DNA from: Carpediemonas membranifera BICM
Taxonomy: Eukaryota; Protista; Fornicata
Assembly: GCA_019828565.1 (NCBI GenBank)
Contig: JAHDYR010000067.1
Span: 1 to 64,000, forward strand
Reading direction: 5' to 3'
Length of the DNA: 64,000 nucleotides
Shown: piece by piece, positions 33,697-45,200 of the stretch
How the letters are laid out: the number at the start of each line of letters is the position of its first letter
Position numbering within the stretch: the first letter of the stretch is position 1
Made by a program: the position numbers and the translations under genes
The notes under the pieces: model-generated
What the model was told of the DNA's origin: nothing
What the model saw: only the letters and a program-made list of their open reading frames with translations
The model's database searches: none

Positions 33697-36096
33697 TTAT
33701 AACTGACTCGCCACCGAATCTTTCACTGAGCTAGACAGCACTGGTTGCGCCATCTCAACGCTCTCGAGCTCCACAAAGTCCACAGATGCCACCTGGATCT
33801 TGGTCGCTTTCGGAGTCTTCGCCGCTCCTGCGGCAGGCTTGGCGTTCCTTGACGTCGTCTTGCCCAGCGACCCAGAGCTTGGGATAAAGTCGAACTCGTC
33901 AGACTCCATGTCGCGTTTGACAGCCTCCCCCTGCTCCTGCGCGGCAGCTCTTGTGTGGGCGATCTCGGCTGCCAGATCGTGTCTGTGGGAGTCGACCTTT
34001 AGAGCACCAGCCTGGGTGTCCACATAAGTAAACTTGAATACCGCATGGCCAGTGCGGGTCGACTGCCACTTAGCGAACAGTCGGAAGCGGACGGGGCCAG
34101 ACACAGGGAAGAGGGGGTGGTCACCCGGGACAGCCACACACTCGTGCCGCAGCGTCCCCAGTGCTGGCGGCTCCACTACTGTCCTGCCGGCGTCGTCGTC
34201 GCGGATGTGCGCCTCGAGGGGCTCAACCTCATCATACACCATGATTGCGACCGGCTCATCGATGATCACCGGCTCAGTTTCAGTTTCAGTCACGGCGATC
34301 TCTGTGACCTCGATCAGGCCGCTAGTAGTTGTTACCAGGAGGTCGAATAGCGGGTCATGGCGTTGCACCGGCAGTGCGCTCTTGAACACCCCCCCGTAGA
34401 CAATGACGTCGGACAGATCCACGGGCGAGCTCGTAGCAAGGGTTAGCTGAGTCGCACTGACGTCGCACGAGCTTATAGCGTACAGGAAGCATGGGCCGGG
34501 CGGGATGTCCCCAGGCAGCGTGATGACGCGCCCGCCCTCGCATAGTGCGGCCACACCGACCGCCGAGCCGATCGCATCGTTGTCAATAACCTTAACAGCG
34601 ACAGTAGTATCTTCTGGAGTGCTCAGCGCACACAGGGGACGCCGCTTGCCCCCGAAGAGGGCGGGAATGCCGAGGTCCAAAGCATGTAGTCCGGCAGCAG
34701 TAATCATCTCAGCTGGCGAGAGAAGCGTCGCCTCTGCGCCATGGACGGACAGCTTGAACCCGAGAGGCGTGTGATCCGTCACAGTGAAGAAGTTGTCCCC
34801 CGCCTCCAGTGGTACCGTCATAAACTGCACGGCCATACCAGCAGCGTCTACGGCGACGGTGGTCTGCGGATCTAGCCGGGCCTTTGAGTCAACGAGACCG
34901 TCAGAGATCATCACCTGGTACTCACCGGCGTCGATTCCGGGGATATCGGCTGTGGCGGGGACCTCGAACTCCACCGAGACGACAGTGGCCCTGGTGTGTG
35001 CTGACTTGAGACAGATGAACCTGCGGTCTGGCGTGGTCGCCTCCCTGGTCATAGGTAGCACCGAAACGGCGTCCGGGTAGTGCCGGGGCAGAATAAATAC
35101 GTCGCACAGCTCTAGGAACGTGGACAGCGGCATAAACGTGTCCTCTGGGGCCGGGGGCCGTTCAATGAGGTCTGTATGCGGCAGACGGCCCTGGTACCGC
35201 TCGTACCGAGTGATACCCAGGAAGTCTTCGGCTTCCGGGTCCCACTCCTCGTCTCCGTCACTGAGAGGGCCCGTGTAGCTGGGGGTGGCGGCCGTCAGAC
35301 GGAGTACAGGGCCATCGATGGTAGGGACAGCCGGGCACAGGTCCAGCACAGCATGGCAGTGGCCCTTGCGGAGGCCCATGGCGTCAGACTTCACCACACC
35401 AATGGCGATGCAGTCGGGCTGGGCGAGGTCGGCGACAGAGGAGGAGACTGAGACAGTCCTTCCAGTCAGCATGGACATAGTCAGGACGGATAGGGGCGTG
35501 CCCCGGTGAAGTCGTCCGGCAGCCTGGTGGAGGAGCGTGGCCCAGGGGACGCCGCTGACAAGAGCACTCTGCCCGTCAATCATGGGGGTGCTGGGGGCCA
35601 CAGGGATAGTATAATCAGTCCCCTGCACGACCGCATGGACATACATTGACTCTGCCATGACGGGCGCCTCAGGGTCGCCGGACTTGGGGTGAAGAAGTGA
35701 CCATGGCGCCGGGACATCCGGCCGGGCCTGTCGGATCACAGTTAGCGCGTGCAGGTAGGATCTGAAGATGCTGGCGTCTGTGATATCCGAGTCGGGGGCG
35801 AGCAGATGGGGGATCGTCGCGCCGTTCAAGGTTTCGCTGTCCACAATGGAAGCATCGTCGAATGGCACCATTTCTACATTCTCAGCGTGCGCTAGGCGTG
35901 AGAACATGGACATTGATGCTATTTGCAATGCTTCACCGCCCTTCTTCTTCTCAGGAGAGGCAGAACCAACCGGTGGGGCCTCTACAGCAGGCGGAAGGGC
36001 TGTTGGAAGACAGGCCTGCATCATTGGCGTTTCTAGTTCCGTCAGTGAGATGCCCCCTGCGGATTGAGGCCGCGTTGTCTTCGATTTGGGAGGCAT
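33697..36096 (-). CDS. Calpain (CysPc)-like domain protein, androglobin-like, probably non-catalytic
   Basis: PWSLLHP...., PWATLLHQAAGRL, GLRKGHCHAVLDL, YTGPLSDGDEEW, TFMPLSTF. No QG.LGDCW motif and no NPWG motif. Confidence 0.55.
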   Translation of the reverse strand: MPPKSKTTRPQSAGGISLTELETPMMQACLPTALPPAVEAPPVGSASPEKKKGGEALQIASMSMFSRLAHAENVEMVPFDDASIVDSETLNGATIPHLLAPDSDITDASIFRSYLHALTVIRQARPDVPAPWSLLHPKSGDPEAPVMAESMYVHAVVQGTDYTIPVAPSTPMIDGQSALVSGVPWATLLHQAAGRLHRGTPLSVLTMSMLTGRTVSVSSSVADLAQPDCIAIGVVKSDAMGLRKGHCHAVLDLCPAVPTIDGPVLRLTAATPSYTGPLSDGDEEWDPEAEDFLGITRYERYQGRLPHTDLIERPPAPEDTFMPLSTFLELCDVFILPRHYPDAVSVLPMTREATTPDRRFICLKSAHTRATVVSVEFEVPATADIPGIDAGEYQVMISDGLVDSKARLDPQTTVAVDAAGMAVQFMTVPLEAGDNFFTVTDHTPLGFKLSVHGAEATLLSPAEMITAAGLHALDLGIPALFGGKRRPLCALSTPEDTTVAVKVIDNDAIGSAVGVAALCEGGRVITLPGDIPPGPCFLYAISSCDVSATQLTLATSSPVDLSDVIVYGGVFKSALPVQRHDPLFDLLVTTTSGLIEVTEIAVTETETEPVIIDEPVAIMVYDEVEPLEAHIRDDDAGRTVVEPPALGTLRHECVAVPGDHPLFPVSGPVRFRLFAKWQSTRTGHAVFKFTYVDTQAGALKVDSHRHDLAAEIAHTRAAAQEQGEAVKRDMESDEFDFIPSSGSLGKTTSRNAKPAAGAAKTPKATKIQVASVDFVELESVEMAQPVLSSSVKDSVASQL

Positions 36097-36242
36097 TGGA
36101 ATTTTGTCGTGTTGCTCTCGACCTTGACCCGAGAAAATTCTGAGAGACTGAGGAGCTCAGTGGAGCATCGTCTTCATAAACACCTGGGGCGCGTGGCCGC
36201 CTCGGCATTTTTCTGGACCGTTTTTTGCGCCACGACATACAC

Positions 36243-39200
36243 ATGGAGCAACAACTCAAATCCCGTCTGGTTGGGAAGCCAGAACGAAGAAATCTTCCAC
36301 CACTAGCCCATAGCTCCAGCGCGGTTAGAAATCCCCGTGATATCGCCGCCATGCTCGCCGAGGAGCCGCTCCAGCTCCCTGATCGAGTGAACCTGTCTCG
36401 AAGAGATCCTATGATGCCCCAGAAGTCCAATTCAGTCATATCACTAGCGCCTACATCCACTCAGAGGCCGCGTTCGCTCTCAATGACGCCACGCCCTCGT
36501 GCCATGTCCGTAGCCCGAGTGCTTGGGCCTGAAGACGAGACGTTGAAGAACTTCCTGCAGCACTATAGCAAGGAGGACCTTCGCCGCCCCGAGTTGTTCC
36601 TGGAGTACGCCCAGAAACGCGGGGATGGTGAGTATGAGTTCGTGTACATGAGACGAATCAAGACAACGAAACGCACGCCGCCCAAGGACGCCAAAGGGAA
36701 GACAGCACTTCCATCAATCACACGCCCAGCAACCCGTAACCGTCCCGAGCGAGTGTGGGAGGAGGAGGGGATCATCGGAGGGTCAAACCCCTATGCACTG
36801 GAAATCGTGCCCTTCAGCCGGGTCGACCAGAGCAACTACTACACATTGAGCGTCAAGGGGCTGACCCACTACTGCGGCGGTGAGTGCACCTTTATCTCCG
36901 TGGAGGACTGGCTGACTGAGCGTCGGCTCTTCCGAAGACTCCAGACCCTGCCCGTGTTCCGGGACTTCCTCACCCGGAAATACTTTAGACTGTGGCACCA
37001 GTTCTGCCGCAACACGACCCTCCGCATGGGCTTAGCCACTCTCACTCGGAACTCCTACGCCATCATGCCAGACTTCTACCGCCTTGTCCTTCAGACCCAG
37101 GAGTGGTGCCTGGATATGCAGTCCAGCGCCGCGCCGCTCAAGTTTGAGATCAAGCCGACTCATCTGAAGTCGTTTGTCCAGCTATGTGCGGAGGTCTTCA
37201 CTGGACTCAGCGAGGACATCACTAACTTCGTCAAGCAGCTGACTATGCTCACCGCGGTGCTGTGCCAGAACGTGTTCGGTGAGTTTGACCAACGTAAGAT
37301 CGAGCACGGCGACTCTGACGTCGCCTGGCGCCGCAGGAGGGCTAAGACGCTTATCTCCCTCGTCGACATTATGATTTTCGAGACAATGTTCAAGATCGCG
37401 ATGACCGCCAACAGCCGCTTCATCGGCGACCTGACTAGCGGAGAGGCGCTATTCTTCGTCAAGATCGACATCCGCCGTGACGGCATCATCATGGCGCCCT
37501 CCCCGGCCGACTTCAGCGCTTGGATTCAAAGAGTGCTGGCCGATGTCATCACGCTGTGCGACTCGTACAGCAAGGTGGCGGAGAACAGAGCAATCGTACC
37601 CTATCTCTTTTCATCCAACAACAGCGGTGATAAGCTTGCTCTCAAGGCAGCCCTGCTCGCCGACGAGAAATACGCCGCGGACATCGAGCAGATCAAGGGC
37701 CTTATTGATAGCAGCTGCATCGCTGTACGGCGTCGTGCGGACACGTTCTCGCCCATGGTCCGACTCATCTCGGAGGACTCCGATCTCGATGTATCCGAGA
37801 CTGTCGACAAGACCCGCACGCCCACAGCAGAAGAGCTTGGGGGTAAGATCGCTTGTCTCGAGGGCCATATGGCGGATATCAAGGCTGTATGCGGCCAGGA
37901 GCACGTCGGGCCGTTCTTGGTGGATTCCCACCCAGTCGCCGACGCCCTGGTTCCTATATGCACTTCGGGCATTAATCAACTGATGGATCGTGTCCCAGAG
38001 GTCGCGACCGCGCAGGCCGAGAGGTTTACACGCCGCGTGACGGGCATCACTGAGAAGTTGGCGGAGGAACCCGCGTCACTCGCCACTGTCGCCGCCCTAT
38101 TGGCCTACCACAACGAGGTCAGCGAAACCACGATCGAGGAGGTCGAGGTTGACCTGAAAGAGGTCGACGCCATGTTCCAGCTGCTGCTCTCGATCGGCAG
38201 GGAGGGCGATCTCGACGTCGCCGCCCACTCAAGCGCCACGGCCTCCATGGAGAACTTGATGGAGACCCTCGCCCAGTTCCCTGGTCGACGTCTGGATCTT
38301 GTCAGCACGTTCACACCCGAGCTCAACGACGCCGTCAAGGGCGTCCACGAAGCACTGGACACTGTATGGGAACTCATCGTCGCAGACGACCTGTCGAATC
38401 CCGAGACCCCCTGGGACGAGGCCGTCAGCAGGCTCACGAGGGCTCGGGTCCGTTCCCTGGAGATCCTTGACGAAGCGGAGACCCTCGTTGGCTACGGGAC
38501 GCTACTCGGGGTTAAGGTGGAGAAGCCGCCGCGCCTGGGCGTTGTTGAGCAAGAGGCCCGCCTTCGTCGCCTCATGTGGGAATGCCTGCATGAGCTCCGG
38601 AGCCTAACAACCCGCATCATGCCCAAGGCTGTGACCGATCTCGACATGACCGACTTCAACACAGTTATCGGCAAGATCTTTGACTCTTCCCCCGCCCTTG
38701 CTGATTTATACGAAAACGGCAAGAACGCCGCGTACAACGAGCTAACCTCCCGCCTGGATCAGCTCCGCCGCGGGCAACCACTTCTGGATGCCCTCAGCAG
38801 CGTGATCCTGACCGACGAGGACTGGGCCGTGATCCGGCAGTACATCCCCGCCAACCCGCCTGTGCCGACCGAGGATGTGCTGGATCCCTTGGCCATGGCG
38901 TTCAAGGACGAGATCCTCGCCGTTACTGCGCAGGCTGAGCTTCGTTGGCACATATCGAAGCAACTCCAGAACACCATCGAGGTGTGGGAAACGAAGCAGG
39001 TCAACATCATCCGTGTTCCGGGGACCAGGGATGCTTTCTTACTGAAGGGCGTGGAGGCGCTGAGAGACGAGCTGGACGACTCTGAGGCCTCATTGACGAC
39101 CTTATCCTGCGGAACATCAGACGAGGAGGTGCAGGAGATCATCGCCACGTGGCTGGCACTCATTGGACAGGTCAGAGAGACCCTGGACGTGTGGGTTCGA

Positions 39201-42200
39201 ACCCAGACCCTGTGGTATTACCTGTACGACATCTTCACCGCTCCGGACGTCCAACGGCAGTTGGTGTCCGAGGCGAAGATCTTCAGGACGACTGACGCGG
39301 AGTTCCGTGGCTTCATGCGGGCCGTATACTACTCCCCCTCTCTGCTGGCCGGCCGACGAGATGAGCCCCGGACGGAGGAGGCCACCGCAGCCCTACTCAC
39401 CGGCTGGCTCGCTGAGCTTGAGACGGTACGGCGCGGTCTTGGCGCGTATCTGGACTCCAAACGCCGTGCGCTGCCGCGCTTCTACTTCCTGAGCGACGAC
39501 TCGCTGCTCCGACTCATCAACGACTCTAGACAGCCGCTCGACGTCCTGCCGCACCTCCCCTCGCTGTTCTCAGCAGTGTCGACGCTGACGGTGGAGGACC
39601 GCGAGGGTCTTGTTATCACTGGCTTCGGGGACAGCACCGAGACCGTATCACTGCTAACACCCCTCAGACCAAGGGGCGCCGTTGAGTATTGGCTCGACCA
39701 CCTCGACACCAGCATCGCGAACACCCTCAAGGAGCACGTGGGCATCCTCGTCAAGCAGCCAACGGGCCGGTCAGCGGCAAACCTGCTCGATGGCTTCCCT
39801 GCGCAGGTCGCGCTGACAGCAATCAAGTTCTACTTCACACGCGATGTCAATCGGGCGATCCACTCTAAGCCCGCTCTCGGATCGATCAAATCATCAATCA
39901 ACGGTCAGATCCAGGTCATCGCCACCATGCTCCAGCAGGACATCGCGCCCGTCCGTCGGTCCCTGTTGTCGGCCACGGTCGTGCTACTCGTGCACCACCG
40001 CGACATCATGAGCGCTCTCATCGCCTCAGATTCCCCAGAGAACGTCTGGAACAATGAGCTCCGCCTTAACCTGCACGGTGATGACCTGGACTTCTCGATC
40101 GCCTCATCACGGACGCCCCTGTCGTTCGAGTACGTCGGTAACACAACCAGGCTGGTGGTCACACCGCTGACCACGCGCTGCTGGCGGACCATCTTCACAG
40201 CTCTCAAACTCGGCTGCGGTACTGCGCCGAGGGGCCCGGCGGGCACTGGTAAGACAGAGACTGTCAAGGACCTCAGCCGATATCTCGGCCGCCACCTCGT
40301 GGTCTTCAACTGCGGGCCCGACGTCCAGGCCCAGACGATGACGAGCTTCTTCTCGGGGGTCATCCAGACCGGCGCCTGGGCCATCTTTGACGAGTTCAAC
40401 CGTCTGTCCGTCGAGGTGCTCTCGGTCGTGGCCGAGACACTACACACCATTCTGACTGCCCTGAGGAGCCACGCCATCGACCTTGACCTCCACGGCCAAC
40501 ACCACCGGGTCGACGCCCGCGCCGCCATCTTCATCACCATGAACCCCGGTTACGCCGGCCGTCAGGAGCTGCCCGAGAACCTCAAGGCCCTCTTCCGCCC
40601 AGTGTCGATGATTCTCCCCAACGCAAAGTTCATCGGCGAGGTTCTGCTCCACTGCGCTGGGTTCGTTGCCTCAGAACAACTGGCCGTGCAGCTTACCCGC
40701 TTCCTGGACAGCACCAAAGCCCGCCTGTCCCACGCCCCGCAGTACGACTACTCCCTCCGGACGCTGAAGGCGACTGTTGCTGAGGCCTCTCTGCACCGCT
40801 GGAAAGCCCAGGGAACCATCAGGGAGGCCGAGCTCCTCGCGGCGGCTGTGAAGAAGGTGATTACACCCCGATTGGAGGACATCGACCGGTCTGTGTTCCA
40901 CTTGACACTGCACGACGTCTTCGGGGACGTCCACTACACAGATGAATCTGACATCACGGAGGGGCTGTGTGACGCTGCCAGCAGCCTCGGACTCAGCGCA
41001 CCGAAGCCGTTTGTCGACAAGGCCGCCCAGATTCTCTCCTCTGTCAAGGCACGCACGGGCACCATCCTCATCGGCCCACCGGCCTCTGGGAAGTCAGCGG
41101 CCATTGCTGTGCTGCAGGAGTACTGCAAGACTACTGGGCCTGAAGAGAGCCCACTGACCTCTACCACGGTGTTCCCACGCGCCATGCTGCCACACCAGCT
41201 GTTCGGCAAGCTTGACACTGCCGGAGAGTGGCAAGACGGCATCGTCCCCCGCATCGCCAGGTCCCGTATGGGACGCCAGGGCGAGCACTGGATTGTCATG
41301 GACGGCCCTCTTGACTCTGACTGGGTGGAGAATTTGAACTCCGTGCTGGACGACACGCACGTATTGACATTGGCGAGCGGTGAGTCGATCGTCATCCCAC
41401 GGCAAATGAAGTTTATATTTGAAACAATCAGTCTCGCATCAACATCCCCAGCAACAGTCTCGCGGTGTGCCATTGTCACGTTCGACGCAGCGACACTGAA
41501 CTTCGAGGACGTCGCCAGTGCCAAGGTGCAGGACCTGTTCAAGCCAATAGACGGCAAGCAGATCAACCTCGGCGATGAGGCCATCACCAGCCTCCGTACG
41601 GACGTCCTGGCGATGATCAACCACTATATGCCCCTCGCCCGCGAGCTTGCAGGGACTGACTGGGACGCGCCACCCATCGCCGACCCGGTGTCGCCGACCA
41701 TCAGGCTGCTGCAGGCCATGCTCGAACGGGACAGCGGGTTTATGGCCCTGTACGGCGATGGCCACATCCCCATTGACCGTCTTACCCTGCGCGTGCTCCA
41801 CCACCTCGTGATCGCCCTCATTTGGAGCTTGGGCGGCTGGATTTACGAGACCACTAGGAGGGAGGCGTTCGCTGAGCGTATCCACATGTACAACGGGACC
41901 TTCGCCCTTCCCCTCGACATACCTGGCCACTCGGACCTCTTCCAGCTGGCGGTTGACTTCACACCGACCGTCGTCCATCGCCAGGCCGCGCTTGAGGGCG
42001 CACTCGTCATATTCGACGTCGACACACCCGTCTCTCGCCCACCTGGCATCATCCCGGTGCCAGAGCAGGAGGCTTTCCTCCGGGTCGGGTCCCTGGCTGT
42101 CGACGCCCGACTCCACACACTCATTGCTGGCCCAGTTGGGTCGGGTCGACGGACCCTTGCTAGGGCCATGACGGCGCCGCGGACGCATGAGGTTGCATTC

Positions 42201-45200
42201 CTCGATTGGCGACAGGACTTCGAGACGACTCTTGACCTTCTTACCGGTCCCACCGCGCTGGTCAGGCTCAGCGGCCTCGATGTGCCGAGGTACATCGACC
42301 AGCTGGGCAACAGACCGGTTCTGGAGCTCCTGCGGCAGGTAGTTGACCGCGGCTGCGTCTGCACTGGCCCCGGTACCGCCACGCCCTGCTCGCCTGACCT
42401 CACCATCGTCGCGGAGACTCGCACAACCTCGAGGCCTGTGCCCGAGGGGCTAGCGCGCCACTTCCTGCAGCTGTCAGCGCCGGAATTGACTGAAGAGTCG
42501 CTTCAGTCAATATTCACCACCCGCACCAACACGGCGTATGAAGCTCTCGACGGGCAGCGTGCATTCCCGTCCGACGACTGCCTCGACGCCGTGCCATCCA
42601 TCGTCCGGGCTACCGTGAGACTGTTCATGGCGCTTGGGAGACAGCTGATGCCCTCGCGGATGGCCACTCATCTTTCAGTACCGGCGCTGGGCACGCTGGC
42701 CGTCTTCTTCGACCGGTTCCTTGCCATTCGCCCCTCCTCCATCGAGAGCATCACGATGTTCAAGCGGGTCTGGGCCTCCGAAGTGCTCTCCCTTATTGGG
42801 GGCCGGATGACGGTGGATGAGCACAAGACGATCCTGTCCGACGCGATGCGGGCCAACTGTCCGCCGCCCATGGATGATGACGACTTCAAACCACTTCATA
42901 TTACTGACATAGCTCGGTGTAACATCATCCCGACCGCAGTGGACAGACCGCTCGTTGTAGCAGAGGACAGCATGTTCGTCCAACTGCAACGTCTTGCACC
43001 AGACGCCGTGACGCTCTTCGCTTCAGCGTCTGAGTCGATCAACTCCGCTATTCGTGTACTACGGCAAACTGCCCACCACCTGATGCTGCTCGGCACCCCT
43101 GGCACGGGCCGTAGGACCACAGCGCGGGTAGCCGCGCGGGCCTCTGGATTCGAGCTCATCATGACCTCGACGGAGGAGGAGGCCGTCGACAACGCCGTCG
43201 TGCGCGCTCTCTCGCGATCCTCGCACGTGCTCCTCGTGGCGGACGTCTCCGCTGTCTCCGAGACCGTGCTCGACCGCCTTATGATGATAGCTTCGTCGGC
43301 CGACACTGGCGCTGTGGCCGCGAGTGAAACAGCTGCGATGGAGGGTGTCGCTGAGTCCAACATTGATCGGGTTCGCGAGCTGGTACGTGTCTGCATCATC
43401 GCCGAACCCGGGTCCGAAGTCTTCAACGACCTCACCGCTGCCGAGCCCTTCTTCGCGTCACAGTTCGTTCCCGTCGCCACTCACAGCTGGACTGAGGCGG
43501 ATCTTATCGACGTTGGAAAACCCCTGCTCCAACGTGTCGCCACCCGCACCCTGGGCGACGGCACTGCCAGCCTCGCGGTGTCGATGTTCATGGCCACCCG
43601 GGAAACGGCGGCCTCTCTCCCACCGCTCCATCCCGCCGTCGTCGTGCCCCCGGCTCTCTTCATTCAGTTCCTCCACCTGTTCGACCGCTACCTCACCAAG
43701 CTCAGAACAGCCTTGGCTGAGGAGAAGCAGCTCGTGTCGGATGGATCCTCCAAGCTTGCCCAAGCCTCTGATACGGTGGCCTCCATGGAAACAGACTTGC
43801 TGGAGCTCCGGCCTGAACTCGACCGGGCGCGGCAGAGGTCCCACGAGCTTACGATCCGATTGTCCCAGGACCGCGAGAAGACTGAGGAGTCGAGGAAGGT
43901 CGTCGCAGCCGAGGAGGCGGTGCTCAAGGAGAAGCGCCTTGTCATAGAGAAGGAGTACGCCGAAGCAGAGGCTGACCTTGCTGTCGTACTCCCAGCCTTG
44001 CAGGAGGCCGAGCAGGCCCTCAAGGCTCTCAACAAGAACGACATCGTCGAGATCCGCTCCTTTGTCAACCCACCTCCTCAAGTCGCCCTCGTCGTCCACG
44101 CCGTCTGTGTCGCCCGCGGTGTCCCTCCGTCGTGGGCTGCCGGTCGCCAGCTGCTGGGCGAGTACAACTTCATAGAGACGCTAGTGAAGCTCGACAAGAC
44201 CAATATTCCCGCCCCCGTGCTCACCAGACTCCGCAAGTTCGTGGAGGACCCAGACTTCAACGTGAGCAAGATGCGGAGTGTGTCGGTTGCTGCTACCAGC
44301 ATCTGTCAGTGGGTCCATGCAACGGTGAAGTACGCCGAGCACTACGTAATCGTCGCCCCCCGGAAGGCCCGACTGGATGACGCTGCTTCGAAGCTGAACG
44401 AGGCGGAGCGGTCGTTGGACGCGAAGAGGCGGCTCACCGCTGAGCTCGAGGCCCGCATGCAGAGTCTCACAGAGGAGTACGCCGAGACAACTGCCCAGAC
44501 ACAGAAGCTCGGTGCCAGGATTAATGACACGAACGAAAGGCTTCAGCGCGCCAAGGACCTCACCGCCGGTCTCGAGGACGAGAAGGCAAGATGGTCGAAG
44601 GAGGCAGCTGATATCAACGCCAAGCTCGCTGTTGTCGAGGCCACCTGTCTGCTGAGAGCCGCCATCGCCACGTTCACCCCTCCCTTCGAACTTACCGTCA
44701 CACACGAACTGGTCGGCAAGTTCAACCGTCTGATGGAGTCTGCCGGCCACCCCACAATCGACGGCATCCATTGGGCAGACGCCATGACCATACAGGGCTG
44801 GAACGCTGCCGGTCTGCCCCCCGACGAGGGCTCTGTACTGGCCGCCTGCATCTGCCAGGACATGGCCGGCATCGCTGCCTTCCCGACCATCATGGACCCC
44901 CAGCGGCAGTACCGGTCATTCCTGGAAGCACTCGGCACCATCACCCCGGGAGAGGCGCGTGAGCTGCCCATGATCATGGCCAGCGCTGCCCGGCGCGGCG
45001 GCCTGGTTATCGTGGAGGACTGCTCGCCTCGGCCCCCAGCCCTTGAGGCCGTCATCCAGTACGGGCTCGCCCGCTCTCTGCAAGCTGACCCGCCGCTGAC
45101 CGTGACCATCGCTGGAGACGTTGTTAGACCACTACAGGGCTTCCACGTGATCCTCGTGTCTCATGTAGTATCACCCAAGCTTCCTACGGAGGCGTTCATT

